Position numbers and translations under genes: made by a program. DNA of 64,000 nucleotides, taken from positions 1 to 64,000 of the IMG/VR virus record IMGVR_UViG_3300042455_001086; one strand, written 5' to 3'. Below are positions 38,978 to 48,725 of this stretch, piece by piece (position 1 is the stretch's first letter; every line of letters starts with the position of its first letter). Below the pieces are notes generated by a model. That model worked only from the letters and a program-made list of their open reading frames with translations, had not been told where the DNA came from and searched no databases.

Positions 38978-39703
38978 ATGAAAACAATAAAAACATATTT
39001 GACAAATTTACCAAGTGGTGTAAAAACTATTTTTGGAATCAATATTATTGTTTATATTATAAGTTGTATATCGTTATTTTTGTTTTCATTTGATATTAAC
39101 CAACATCTTGGATTTTACCCAACCGATTCTGGAAATTTTGTTATTTATCAGATTCTAACATTTATGTTCACACATTCATATGAACCGACACATATATTTA
39201 TCAATTTAATTTTATTTTTATTTTTTTCTGTTTCATTCGAAAAAAAATTCGGTACAGAAAACTACTACTGGATGTATGTTTTATCAAGTTTAACTTGTGT
39301 GTTGTTTTATAACACTTTGAAAAACCAAGAACTTGATTATTGTAAAAGACAATTAATAAGTAAAGATGTTAATATTTTTTCTGTAAAGTATAGTGATAGA
39401 TTTAAACATCCAAAAGAAGAAAGGGTTTTGATTGAACGGTATTACGATTCTAAATCGTATGGTATTGGTGCTTCGGGGGCTTTATTCGGATTTGTTGGTT
39501 CTTTTTTAGTTTTTAATCTAAGATTTACAAGAAAAATAAGAACAATACTACTATTATGTCTGGCATCATATATGGTCTATAGTAATTTAATTGTTCTCTA
39601 CCCATATGATTATACCTCATCTGGATCCTCAATTGGACATATAGGAGGGCTTATAACTGGATTGATATTTTCAATGTTTCTTAAAATAAAAAAGGAGGTT
39701 TAG
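38978..39703 (+). CDS. Rhomboid intramembrane serine protease
   Basis: YQILTFMFTH..HIFIN, GASG, GHIGG; several TM segments. Confidence 0.9.
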   Translation: MKTIKTYLTNLPSGVKTIFGINIIVYIISCISLFLFSFDINQHLGFYPTDSGNFVIYQILTFMFTHSYEPTHIFINLILFLFFSVSFEKKFGTENYYWMYVLSSLTCVLFYNTLKNQELDYCKRQLISKDVNIFSVKYSDRFKHPKEERVLIERYYDSKSYGIGASGALFGFVGSFLVFNLRFTRKIRTILLLCLASYMVYSNLIVLYPYDYTSSGSSIGHIGGLITGLIFSMFLKIKKEV

Positions 39704-39733
39704 ACCTCCTTTTTTAATATTTTAATTTTTTAA

Positions 39734-40192
39734 TTATCTAAGACCCTGGAATGGTTTTTTTTGTGAAGATTGTTGTGTTCTTCCATGTGCCGAACCTTGA
39801 GCTGAGAGTGTTTTAACTCTTTCTTCTGGGTTAAACTGTTGTAAATGTCTATTTATTTCACTTATAATTTTATTTTGTTTATCAGCAAAACCAAAAACAT
39901 TCATACCATAACTTACTTCTTCCATATCCGTTGAGATGTAAGATCCTATTGTGCTATATCCAAGTTTTTTTACGGCAGCCAAAGCTTCCATATAATCAGC
40001 TTTATTTTTGATCATATATACGGCGTTTAAAACACCTCTCTCATCAGTACCCAAACCAGCTATTCCTTTTTTAATCGCATTAACAGCATTTTGTCCGTTT
40101 CCTTCATTTAGAAGACTTGTATTATTTTCATTAATCACTCTTTTTACAATTCTCACCAAATCTGACTCAGTTAATTTTACTATTTTTTTCAT
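39734..40192 (-). CDS. Protein with LTESDL leader and an annexin-like repeat
   Basis: MKKIVKLTESDLVRIVKRVINE; IKKGIAGLGTDE. Confidence 0.7.
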   Translation of the reverse strand: MKKIVKLTESDLVRIVKRVINENNTSLLNEGNGQNAVNAIKKGIAGLGTDERGVLNAVYMIKNKADYMEALAAVKKLGYSTIGSYISTDMEEVSYGMNVFGFADKQNKIISEINRHLQQFNPEERVKTLSAQGSAHGRTQQSSQKKPFQGLR

Positions 40193-40252
40193 ATTTTAAT
40201 TTTAATTTGATTATTTACAATATAAATATATCGTGAATTGAAAAAGGAATAA

Positions 40253-41812
40253 TTATCCGTAAGTTTCCTCACTTCCTTCCTTATCAGTTGTTCCAACACC
40301 TTTAGTTATTGTTTTAGTCCCGGCTTTAGTTGCCCCTATAATTTTTTCAGCTTTCTCAATCCCAGTTTCAGCTTTTTTAATACCTTTTGCTAACTTTACA
40401 GTTTCTTTTCCGGTTTTTTTAGTTCCTTTTACAGAATGTGTAGCAACAACACCATTCATAATAACATCAAAAGTGTCACAATATGTTTTACCAGCTTGAC
40501 AAATCAAGGGTCTTACATTTTCTGTTGTTGCATTAGAACCAAGTTCAAATATTTTATCTTTAATCCAACTAACAGTTTTTTCATTTAACTTACTCATTAT
40601 ATCTTTACCCAGAACATTTTCAATGGATTGGAATATTGGTCCTAAATTTGTTTTTGCGTATGTTGTAAAATATGCTGTTCCCTTTTGTAGTAATGTTGTT
40701 GTTTTTGGTATTGTTTTGGTTACTACTTTTCCTGCTGTTCCTTTTATTGCATTTACAATCTCATCCAAAAAAGCTGTAATCTTATTTAAAGATCCCAATA
40801 ACATATTACCAAAATTCTTTAGAAAGGATAATTTTGTAATTAACCAATTTACACCTTTTTTAATACCATCAATAACCCACTTTGCACCACCGGCGATTTT
40901 ACCAATAATACTATTAAAAAATTGACTTAATTTTGGGAATTTTTGTGCCATTTTTCCAAAAAAACCAACTGCGGTTTTTTCAGCACCAAGAACTGCTTTA
41001 GTCCCTTGTAGTGGTTTTAAAGAGGTCTGTAATCCAATTCCAGACAATAATAATGAAAATGTGTCTAAAATTGCATCAAAAAAACTACCTTTACCTTTAT
41101 CCATTTGAACAAAATCCCAAGCTGTTAAAGCACCATAAATTAACATATTTGCCGCTTGCCCACCTGGTATAGCGGTTAAAATTAATGTTGCAACAGTTCC
41201 ACCAATACCATTTACAATATCCCTAAATCCTTCCATTATTTGTTCTAAAGATAAACTTCTTAAAGAATCAATTGCTTTATCAGCACCTTTTACTACCATA
41301 CCAACTGGTGTATATCCCACAACCTTTAGTAATACATTTCTATTGGCGCCGGCATAACCCATTTTCTCAAGATTGTTCCAGATATTACCGTATTCACTAT
41401 CAAAATCACTCATTTCCGCATTCAACCAAGACTTTAAATTTGGATATTGTTTCCAACTTGCGATATACTTGTTTAAAGCATCAAGAGTTTCTTTATTCTG
41501 AATTTTTTTGATTGCAGCTAAAGCTACACCCTCATTCGTTCCATCATTATCTTTTAGATCCTTATCACCATCCATATCGAAGGCTTTCATTAATTCACCA
41601 AAAACGGCATAAGCTGTTTTATTAGCACTTGCTTGGATTTTTTGTTTTGCTGCTTGGATTTGTTCTGGTGTTAATTGTTGAGGTTGTGTTTGTTCAAATA
41701 TAGTTTGCTCGGATATTTGAACTTCTTTTTGGTCTTCGATACTTTTATTAATATCAAAATTCATTAAGTAGTTAATTCTATTGACCTCTTCTATTAATAG
41801 GGATTTTTCCAT
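40253..41812 (-). CDS. Putative internal/ejection protein with an annexin-like repeat and hydrophobic helices
   Basis: LIEEVNRI leader; GTNEGVALAAIKKI; Gly/Ala-rich helices. Confidence 0.6.
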   Translation of the reverse strand: MEKSLLIEEVNRINYLMNFDINKSIEDQKEVQISEQTIFEQTQPQQLTPEQIQAAKQKIQASANKTAYAVFGELMKAFDMDGDKDLKDNDGTNEGVALAAIKKIQNKETLDALNKYIASWKQYPNLKSWLNAEMSDFDSEYGNIWNNLEKMGYAGANRNVLLKVVGYTPVGMVVKGADKAIDSLRSLSLEQIMEGFRDIVNGIGGTVATLILTAIPGGQAANMLIYGALTAWDFVQMDKGKGSFFDAILDTFSLLLSGIGLQTSLKPLQGTKAVLGAEKTAVGFFGKMAQKFPKLSQFFNSIIGKIAGGAKWVIDGIKKGVNWLITKLSFLKNFGNMLLGSLNKITAFLDEIVNAIKGTAGKVVTKTIPKTTTLLQKGTAYFTTYAKTNLGPIFQSIENVLGKDIMSKLNEKTVSWIKDKIFELGSNATTENVRPLICQAGKTYCDTFDVIMNGVVATHSVKGTKKTGKETVKLAKGIKKAETGIEKAEKIIGATKAGTKTITKGVGTTDKEGSEETYG

Positions 41813-41910
41813 ATATTATAATATATAAACTATAAATATATGATATATATAAAAAAAGGATAACCAACCGTTATCCCCAATTTTTTTTTAATAAGATCTT
41901 ATATTTTTAA

Positions 41911-42765
41911 AAAAAGCCTGAGATTACAGCTTGGTTTGAGAACCTTTTGAAGGATTATTTTTTCCCTTCGTATCCACCATCTTTTGAATGGTATTTCTCA
42001 GTGACGGTTTTTTAGGTATACCACTCCTTTAGGTTTGAATTACTCTCATCTTACTTGACTCTTTCCGAGGATGCCTCCCCAGTTCGTCCTTGCGGGATTA
42101 AAGGTTTTTCGGATAATTACACATCGACTTGGGATCTTTGTGTGCAATGAACGGCTCATTACTATGTAGTCACCTTTCATCCAAACCTGACGGACACTTT
42201 TCCTTTCTGTAGTTAATAATAGAATCATTACTTTCCATAAAGTATTTGTGTTGTGGATTGTGAAAGTAGTGGTCCGTCAACCAAGCCAACCCATCTTTTG
42301 AACGGATCGATACTTAACTACTCTCTGAAATGTCCCCATTTCCATATTTTTAGACTACTTCAAAACAATTCCCTTGGTAAGGAATAATTAGGGTTGGTAA
42401 CAGCACCATCTGTACACGAACATACCTTTCGGTTTTAAGTATCCTATTATATTGGAACACGCAATAATAAAATTGGATAATTCTATTTTTTGCAATATTC
42501 CTACGAGTTATTCCTATTGGTGTTCCCACCTCAAACTGACAACCCACATTGCCAGTTCATCTAACCACTTTCCCTACAGCGTTGCCCTCGGTACTAAAGG
42601 TTAAACGGTATCCCGCTTGTGTACTCAAGTTCAGTTACCCAAACCGCAAACCATTTACACGAATGATTCACTTTATCCCACTTTCGTGGTTTATTTTATG
42701 GACTATACACGGCCCAATATCTTTATCAGTTTCATTTCTTACTCCTGAAAGGATAATCTAATTTT
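41911..42765 (-). ncRNA. Large (~850 nt) structured ncRNA, probably GOLLD-class
   Basis: No credible ORF; GC richer than its surroundings; TAACTTTG promoter at 42803-42810 and boxA at 42766-42775; many hairpins; 3' hairpin plus U-run. Size and tRNA-proximal phage context fit GOLLD. Family assignment not verified. Confidence 0.65.
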
Positions 42766-42851
42766 TCAAAGAACTTTTTCGGACTTTTCCGAATTTGTTT
42801 TACAAAGTTACGACATTTATTCTAATTTGTCAAGTGCTTTGTGATTATTTT

Positions 42852-43001
42852 TTAATATTTTTCGATATAAAGCTTACCGTTACCATATTTATTTACCATA
42901 ATTTTGGCAAACTCTAAATTAGGTGTATAAACTTTTTGACCTTTATCGTTGATATATCCGTAGATTTCAACTTCAACTAATTCATTTTGTGTTTCACTCA
43001 T
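42852..43001 (-). CDS. 49-aa hypothetical protein
   Basis: Hand-translated MSETQNELVEVEIYGY...YIEKY. Confidence 0.55.
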   Translation of the reverse strand: MSETQNELVEVEIYGYINDKGQKVYTPNLEFAKIMVNKYGNGKLYIEKY

Positions 43002-43061
43002 TTTGTTTGTTTTTTAAATACATTACAAACATATAATAAATATTTGGGTGAGTCAAGAAAA

Positions 43062-43796
43062 TTAAAACATTTTTCTAATTCTTTCTATTTCCTCATTCAG
43101 TTTTGACGATCTTTTTTGCAAACCATTATTTTCATTTAAAGAAAACACCTTACTTATCAATTCTCTATATTTTTCTTTTCTTTGTTCTTCAGGCATATTA
43201 AAAATATCCGAAAGTGAATTGATAATACTATTTTGTTTTGAGGTTCTGTCTATATGTTGTATTTCTTCTTCGTCATCTTTTGTTGGGAAACCGGGTATGT
43301 CGGAAATTGTTAAGTTTGATTCGTCAGGAATGGTTAAATCCTCAATACTTTTTGGTTCTGAACTTGCTCCACTTTTTCTTGATATATGTATGTGATTTTC
43401 GTGATTTGGAAACCCAAAAGTTAAAACGGCTTTATCATTACCTTTTTCGCTATTTTTTTTATAACCCATAGAAACTAAAGTGTCGACAAACTTTTGAATA
43501 GCATCATATATTCCTTTTTGTTTTGCATCTGAAACACCACCAGAAAATCCTTTACCATTAACAATAGCAATATCTACAGCATTTCCAGTTTCGTGTCTTG
43601 TACCCTTTTTGTGTCCAGTGATTGCAGTAGTAATTGTAACCTCCACACCAGCTTTTTTTGCTGCATCACTAACATCTTTTAAAAGTTCTGGATTTATTTT
43701 GTCTTTGGATGGTGTTGCACTACCAACAATATTATCACCAAACATAACATTTGACAATCCAGAAGACTTTACTGATTCACGAATTTTAAATTTCAT
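43062..43796 (-). CDS. Peptidase M15-like peptidoglycan hydrolase
   Basis: ITTAITGH...RHETGNAVDI...HENHIHIS. Start taken at MKFKIRES behind ATATTTAT. Confidence 0.7.
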   Translation of the reverse strand: MKFKIRESVKSSGLSNVMFGDNIVGSATPSKDKINPELLKDVSDAAKKAGVEVTITTAITGHKKGTRHETGNAVDIAIVNGKGFSGGVSDAKQKGIYDAIQKFVDTLVSMGYKKNSEKGNDKAVLTFGFPNHENHIHISRKSGASSEPKSIEDLTIPDESNLTISDIPGFPTKDDEEEIQHIDRTSKQNSIINSLSDIFNMPEEQRKEKYRELISKVFSLNENNGLQKRSSKLNEEIERIRKMF

Positions 43797-43797
43797 A

Positions 43798-44268
43798 TTA
43801 TATAAATATGAACCAATCTGGAATTTGTCTATTTTTCCATCTTGCAAAATCTTTTTTTGCTCTCATATAATAATTTCTATAAGATTTAATAACATCATTA
43901 CCAATTTTAAATTCATCACCCATTGCTAGTGGTGGTGTTGTAAAATTAATATCGTTAATATTTGGTTTATTGGTTAAACACCATTCAATTACATCCTGTG
44001 ATTTATGTCTTTTACCATATCGGTAGGTATATTCTTTACAGAGTTCCAAACCTAAATCACACAAATAAAGATAATTTGATAATGATTCTCTAACCCAAAT
44101 AGAACAAGGGTGATTTTTGTGGGATAATTTATATGGGGCTTCAGAACCTAAAACCCAATGAGAACCACATAATAATTGTGCTGATTCAACTATTAGCTTA
44201 CAAACATGCTTATCACAATGGTATTGAGCACATTTTTTTGTGTCAAAATCAAGGAAAAATATATTCAT
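43798..44268 (-). CDS. Pyrimidine-dimer DNA glycosylase (DenV-like) family protein
   Basis: MNIFFLD..AQYHCDKHV.K...E.AQLL, HKNHPC..W, EYTYRYGK.H. Confidence 0.8.
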   Translation of the reverse strand: MNIFFLDFDTKKCAQYHCDKHVCKLIVESAQLLCGSHWVLGSEAPYKLSHKNHPCSIWVRESLSNYLYLCDLGLELCKEYTYRYGKRHKSQDVIEWCLTNKPNINDINFTTPPLAMGDEFKIGNDVIKSYRNYYMRAKKDFARWKNRQIPDWFIFI

Positions 44269-44308
44269 ACCACAAAGATATAAAATAATATATTAACTAG
44301 AAAAAAAA

Positions 44309-44920
44309 TTATTGTGATAAATGATTCATTAAAACACCACCCAAAGATGTTGCATGCACTTGTAGATGATTTATCGATTCCATATCAAGTTTTGTTTTTC
44401 TTTTTGTAAAATCAATACCCAAAGTTCCGATAAATTTATCATCAATAGTTTTAATTGCAAATAAATAACCGGATTTACAACCAGTATCTTCGGCAATATA
44501 TTTTAATCCATAAGTTGCAATTGATTCATCTTTATAATCAGGAATTTCAATTACATCATTCCGATATAGTTGATTAATTGATTTTGAAAATAGATTTACC
44601 GGAATGTTATAAAAATTTGATTGCACTGAAGATATACCAAGACCTACAGTTTCATAAATAATTGAAAACTTTGCCATAGATTTTCCTGTTGGATAAAAAT
44701 TACCACCATTATGAAATTGTGTTACCCAAACTCTATCAGCATTAAATTCATCTTTTATATGTTCTATTCTTGAATTTATTAACTCGCTCACACGAAGTGT
44801 GTCTGTAACCATATCTGGTTTTTGTTTTCTTTTGTCCAAAAAATTTTTTAAAAAAATAACCGATAAAGGACCCAAAATACCGGTTATAAATGCAATTGTT
44901 ATTTCTACCCAATTCTCCAT
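44309..44920 (-). CDS. N-terminal TM plus GAF-like domain protein (T4 gp t-like holin candidate)
   Basis: Single TM; ADRVWVTQFHNGG...IGTLGIDF. Confidence 0.55.
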   Translation of the reverse strand: MENWVEITIAFITGILGPLSVIFLKNFLDKRKQKPDMVTDTLRVSELINSRIEHIKDEFNADRVWVTQFHNGGNFYPTGKSMAKFSIIYETVGLGISSVQSNFYNIPVNLFSKSINQLYRNDVIEIPDYKDESIATYGLKYIAEDTGCKSGYLFAIKTIDDKFIGTLGIDFTKRKTKLDMESINHLQVHATSLGGVLMNHLSQ

Positions 44921-45002
44921 TCACATAAATTTACTTAATAAATATATTGTAATATTAAAAAACCCCACCTAAAAAGATGGGGTTTATAAAATTTTGTTAA
45001 AA

Positions 45003-45170
45003 TTACTTCTTAACAACCACTGACCAAACAGCCCCAATTAGTGTTAAAATACCACCAATAGTTTGAGTTACGACCGCTTCACTAGCATAACCTTTCATTA
45101 TGACAATACCACCAACAAAGGTTAATATGTGTCTTGCAATCCCAAGGACTTGTTCTTGTGTAAGTTTCAT
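45003..45170 (-). CDS. 55-aa two-TM holin-like protein
   Basis: MKLTQEQVLGIARHILTFVGGIVIMKG...IGAVWSVVVKK; ATATTTAT upstream and a terminator downstream. Confidence 0.65.
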   Translation of the reverse strand: MKLTQEQVLGIARHILTFVGGIVIMKGYASEAVVTQTIGGILTLIGAVWSVVVKK

Positions 45171-45231
45171 AAAATTTTGTTTTTTATGGTTTATTTGTTA
45201 TAGATAAATATCTAAAAAACCATAAAAAGTT

Positions 45232-45438
45232 TTAATCTTTAATTTTGAACAAACGTCTGAACACTTCTTCCCACTGATTAATTGCTGGATTTATTGCAAT
45301 AAAAAAACCAATTAATCCGATCAAAAATGGAAAAACTCCACCGTCACCTTTAATAAAATACATAGCCATTTGAAGCCCAATCCCAACAACAATTACTGAT
45401 AATACAGTAGATAAAATAGTAAAAAAAACATCTCTCAT
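45232..45438 (-). CDS. Small membrane protein
   Basis: Two hydrophobic segments. Confidence 0.6.
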   Translation of the reverse strand: MRDVFFTILSTVLSVIVVGIGLQMAMYFIKGDGGVFPFLIGLIGFFIAINPAINQWEEVFRRLFKIKD

Positions 45439-45454
45439 AATATATAAATTTTAG

Positions 45455-45570
45455 ATGCCAGGGTGGGATTCGAACCCACATTTAGCAACCTTATAACTTC
45501 TCGCGTCCAAATTGCTCTTGGACCATGGTGTCTTTAGGACTTGGCACCGTGCCGCATTACGCTCCTGACA
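45455..45570 (-). ncRNA. tRNA-like RNA (acceptor and T-arm, non-canonical interior)
   Basis: TGTCAGG/CCTGGCA and GTGGGTTCGAATCCCAC; no standard anticodon arm. Confidence 0.6.
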
Positions 45571-45573
45571 AAC

Positions 45574-45652
45574 CAGGGTTGAGAAGACCTCAGTGTTGTA
45601 GTGGTTACTTGGTCCACTATTTCCGGCATTCCTTTCTCAAGGGAACAACACG
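45574..45652 (-). ncRNA. Structured RNA motif, copy 1
   Basis: 24-nt identity with 47967-47990; kissing loop UUGAG/CUCAA. Confidence 0.6.
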
Positions 45653-45789
45653 ACTCTTCAGCTTTCTACTCCCAGCACCGAGGAATTGTATCTAACTTAG
45701 CCCGTCTCACCGCTGTATGGGAACTGAAGTTCATCGTCTTTTTCTTACCGTAAAGATAAACAAAATAAATAATATAAACAATAATGGTG

Positions 45790-46200
45790 TCATAATTTAT
45801 CTGTATTTTCCAAAAGTTCTTTTGCAATCATAGATACTGTTTTATTATCAACAAGTCCTTTATAGTTTTTATTAAACTCACCCATAATCTGTCCGAGATT
45901 GGTCAATCCACTCATTATATATGTGGTAACCTTTTCACGGATTAGATTTTCACTCATCATTTGTGGTAAATATGGTTTAATATATTCCAATTCTTTTAAA
46001 GATTCCGGTGTATTAGTTTGTGTTAAAGATTTTTCCATTTTCTTTAATATACCTAATACCACATCATCAGATGCAATACCTGATCTTCCTTCTTCGTTTT
46101 GGATTTCACCCTTAACAACTCCAAGGAAGTTTTTCTTTTCCATTTCTTTGTTCTTAAATGCTGACATAAAATCGGCATTTATTTGTTCTTTTAATGTCAT
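45790..46200 (-). CDS. GatB/YqeY-domain protein
   Basis: MTLKEQINADFMSAFKNKE...YLPQMMSE...GQIMG. Confidence 0.85.
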   Translation of the reverse strand: MTLKEQINADFMSAFKNKEMEKKNFLGVVKGEIQNEEGRSGIASDDVVLGILKKMEKSLTQTNTPESLKELEYIKPYLPQMMSENLIREKVTTYIMSGLTNLGQIMGEFNKNYKGLVDNKTVSMIAKELLENTDKL

Positions 46201-46379
46201 AATTTTTTTAATTTAAAAAAAAGGTGGAGATTTGTAACCAACATATGATCACCCATATGTCTCGTTTCTTTTGTCTTAGGCACTCCACCATTGCAAGTTC
46301 TTCTTTGCTTGCGCCCCCATTCACGGATTTCCGATTTCCCAATGGGTTTTACCGTCCTATCGGAGTCAGGTAACCGCTG

Positions 46380-46480
46380 AAGTCAGGACCGGATTTGAAC
46401 CGGTATGTCATATATCTGGGCACCCATACGTTGCCCCATTTTGACACTTGTCGTTGCGTCTACCATTCCGCCACCTGACT
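46380..46480 (-). ncRNA. Leu-type tRNA shell with replaced anticodon arm
   Basis: AGTCAGGTGGCGGAATGGTAGACGC ... ACCGGTTCAAATCCGGTCCTGACT. Confidence 0.65.
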
Positions 46481-46589
46481 ATTTTATGATAGTATCATAA
46501 TTGTTATAGCTACACCCAGTACGATTACTGTAAGTAAAGCTACTGCCGCTCTAATAAATGTTTTGTCGTGTTCTTTCATAGTATATGTT

Positions 46590-46988
46590 TTATTCTGGTT
46601 TGTATGTTAAGATCAATGGTGTTCCATTCTCATCTAAAACATTGAAGAATCGTTTTTCTCTAGTGCCATCAAATTCACCAAACATTATTTTGTATACTTC
46701 ATCTTCGTATAGGAGAATGCTTATGTACATTGTTCGGGCTTCAGCTGGTTTCTTAAAGAATCCGAAATCAATGGGATTCACCATTATGTCGTAAACAAAT
46801 CCACTTGTATCAGCACCCAATTTATCAATTACCGTGTTGTATTTAATTATTGCCGCTCGCGGATTGGTGAATCTCATCTCATAGAGATCATATTCATTTT
46901 TCTTGAATCCGCTCATATTACGTAACTGAAACTGACCGATTACCGTACTGGTAACGAGCAAACTAAATGCTAAAATTAATTTTTTCAT
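46590..46988 (-). CDS. Secreted hypothetical protein
   Basis: Signal peptide. Confidence 0.65.
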   Translation of the reverse strand: MKKLILAFSLLVTSTVIGQFQLRNMSGFKKNEYDLYEMRFTNPRAAIIKYNTVIDKLGADTSGFVYDIMVNPIDFGFFKKPAEARTMYISILLYEDEVYKIMFGEFDGTREKRFFNVLDENGTPLILTYKPE

Positions 46989-47004
46989 ATAACTTTTATT
47001 TTTG

Positions 47005-47079
47005 CCGTCAGGAGTGGATTCGAACCACTTACCGATTCAGATTTGAGTACTGTCCGCTCTGCCATTGAGCTACCTGACT
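47005..47079 (-). ncRNA. Aberrant tRNA, anticodon unresolved
   Basis: Normal D and T arms; 3-bp anticodon stem with a 9-nt loop UACUCAAAU. Confidence 0.55.
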
Positions 47080-47088
47080 ATTGTTTTA

Positions 47089-47121
47089 CAAAGATATGTA
47101 TTTTATTTCAATCTACCAAAT
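47089..47121 (-). promoter_or_regulatory. Bacteroidota sigma70 promoter cassette (TTTG-N20-TATCTTTG); copies at 48455 and 48960, variants at 52485 and 54730
   Basis: caaagatatgtattttatttcaatctaccaaat is repeated. Other TAnnTTTG sites: 3199, 30721, 37403, 38489, 38966, 42803, 44273, 52858, 58447, 58861, 60671. Confidence 0.85.
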
Positions 47122-47331
47122 GTTTTTTTTAAAAATAAAAGGGGGAATTAAGGTGTTACCCCCTTTTTGTTTCTGTCGTTTGAAGTTTCGATTTTAGGTC
47201 TTGGAAACCCCATTCGGTAAAAAAAGAGACCGCAGTTTCTGGAAACTTACCTAACCCCAACATTTCTACCTTGTTACTTTAACGTCTCAACAATGGGACT
47301 CACTTGGGCGAGCATCAAAAAAGACGACCTG

Positions 47332-47417
47332 TAGTCAGGACCGGATTTGAACCGGTATTGTTGAATTACCCAGCTTCAACTGCTTAAGTATAGCGTCTAC
47401 CATTCCGCCACCTGACT
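47332..47417 (-). ncRNA. Leu-type tRNA shell with truncated anticodon arm
   Basis: Acceptor, D and T arms identical to 46380-46480; different interior. Confidence 0.65.
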
Positions 47418-47424
47418 ATTTTTT

Positions 47425-47664
47425 TTACTTAGATAATTCAAATTGATAAACACAACTTTGAATTCCCAATTCATTCTTCACCAAATAATCGTGTCTTCCA
47501 GTTTCAATTATTGTGACAGATTCACCTGGTGTAAATCCGGTGTTTTCGGTGTAACAAAAATGAATCTTACACTTTTCACCGATCTTAAATCGTTGTTGGA
47601 TTGGTGTTGAATAACCCCAATTATCGTCAACCAATTTTAATAATTTCCAAAGTAACTTTTTCAT
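47425..47664 (-). CDS. Hypothetical protein
   Basis: ORF track; start taken at MKKLLW, downstream of the tRNA-like element. Confidence 0.5.
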   Translation of the reverse strand: MKKLLWKLLKLVDDNWGYSTPIQQRFKIGEKCKIHFCYTENTGFTPGESVTIIETGRHDYLVKNELGIQSCVYQFELSK

Positions 47665-47680
47665 AATTTTAATTTTTTCG

Positions 47681-47799
47681 TAGTCAGTCAAGGAATCGAA
47701 CCTGTATTCAACCCAATCTCGATGTTGGCATTGTTATTCCCAGCGTCTACCAATCACAGTCAATCCAATTGACATATATGGCTATTCCGCCACCTGACT
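47681..47799 (-). ncRNA. Leu-type tRNA shell with ~30-nt D-loop insertion
   Basis: GGCGGAAT[insert hairpin]TGGTAGACGC; T-loop GGTTCGATTCC. Confidence 0.55.
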
Positions 47800-47899
47800 A
47801 AAAATAAGATTGATTTAGTGGACATATATAATCCCGCCTTGAGCAATTCGTTTCCACTAAGCTTTGACTTTACGGGCTTAGCTTTAAATCAATCTATAC

Positions 47900-47990
47900 G
47901 AGGTTGAGGTCCTCTATGTTGTAAGTTGCCTACCATAAATGGTATCCTTTATCGTCTACTCAAGCAATTCCTTTCTCAAGGGAACAACAC
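47900..47990 (-). ncRNA. Structured RNA motif, copy 2
   Basis: See copy 1 at 45574. Confidence 0.6.
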
Positions 47991-48153
47991 AATAATGTTG
48001 ATAGTGTTGGTGTACCCGCCTATTTCCAATCTTAACTGCCTTTTTAAGTTTTATGGTGCACCGGCAGTGGGCCATATCTATCCTTAACCTACGTAGTTTG
48101 TCGACAACTTCCGTAGAGGCGATCACTATCAATTTTTTCAAAGAACTTTCTTT

Positions 48154-48227
48154 TGGCGGGCTATGACGGTTACAATCCGTCGACTTACGGTAGACAGCCG
48201 TATATGATATCATTTCACCAATAGCCC
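48154..48227 (-). tRNA. tRNA-Asp(GUC), atypical T-loop AUUGUAA, encoded CCA
   Basis: TACGG-CTGTCTA-CCGTA anticodon arm. Confidence 0.85.
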
Positions 48228-48288
48228 AAAATTAACACTTTAAAACCATAGAGGTACAACTTGTGTGTATGTGTTGTTCATTTCATTG

Positions 48289-48362
48289 TAGTCCGTATGA
48301 GAATCGAACTCATGTTGCCGGGATGAAAACCCGGATTCCTGTAACCACTAGAAGAACGGACC
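48289..48362 (-). tRNA. tRNA-Glu(UUC)
   Basis: CCGGG-TTTTCAT-CCCGG. Confidence 0.92.
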
Positions 48363-48648
48363 GTTTAAGATGAGTCGTGGACTTGTGTACCACTTGTCCC
48401 CCTTTAAGTTTCTCACTAACCCCGGATGTAGGGAAACTCACCTTATTTGTCTTACAAAGATATGTATTTTATTTCAATCTACCAAATCTTTTTTTAATTT
48501 TTGTTGAGGATTAATCCTAAATTTTTTCTTTAAGGCCCTTAATAAATCAGTTTTTATGTTAGTTTTAACAAATTTAACCCTTCCTGATTCACAAGTCCCT
48601 GATAAAACTTCCTTCATCATTCATTGTTTTTAATTGTTTATTTTTTGA

Positions 48649-48725
48649 ACTACCCATAGGACTCGAACCTACAACCTTCGGGCCGAAGTAGACCCGTGTG
48701 CAAACCAAATTTACACCATAAGTAG
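48649..48725 (-). ncRNA. tRNA-like RNA with an 8-nt anticodon loop
   Basis: CGGGT-CTACTTCG-GCCCG; intact D and T arms. Confidence 0.6.

Noticed and set aside
42046-42761. Short ORFs in the ORF track
   Set aside because: Atypical composition; they overlap the large structured RNA.
47005-47079. UCA opal suppressor or alternative genetic code
   Set aside because: The anticodon arm is out of register, and core genes read intact in code 11 with TGA and TAG used as stops.
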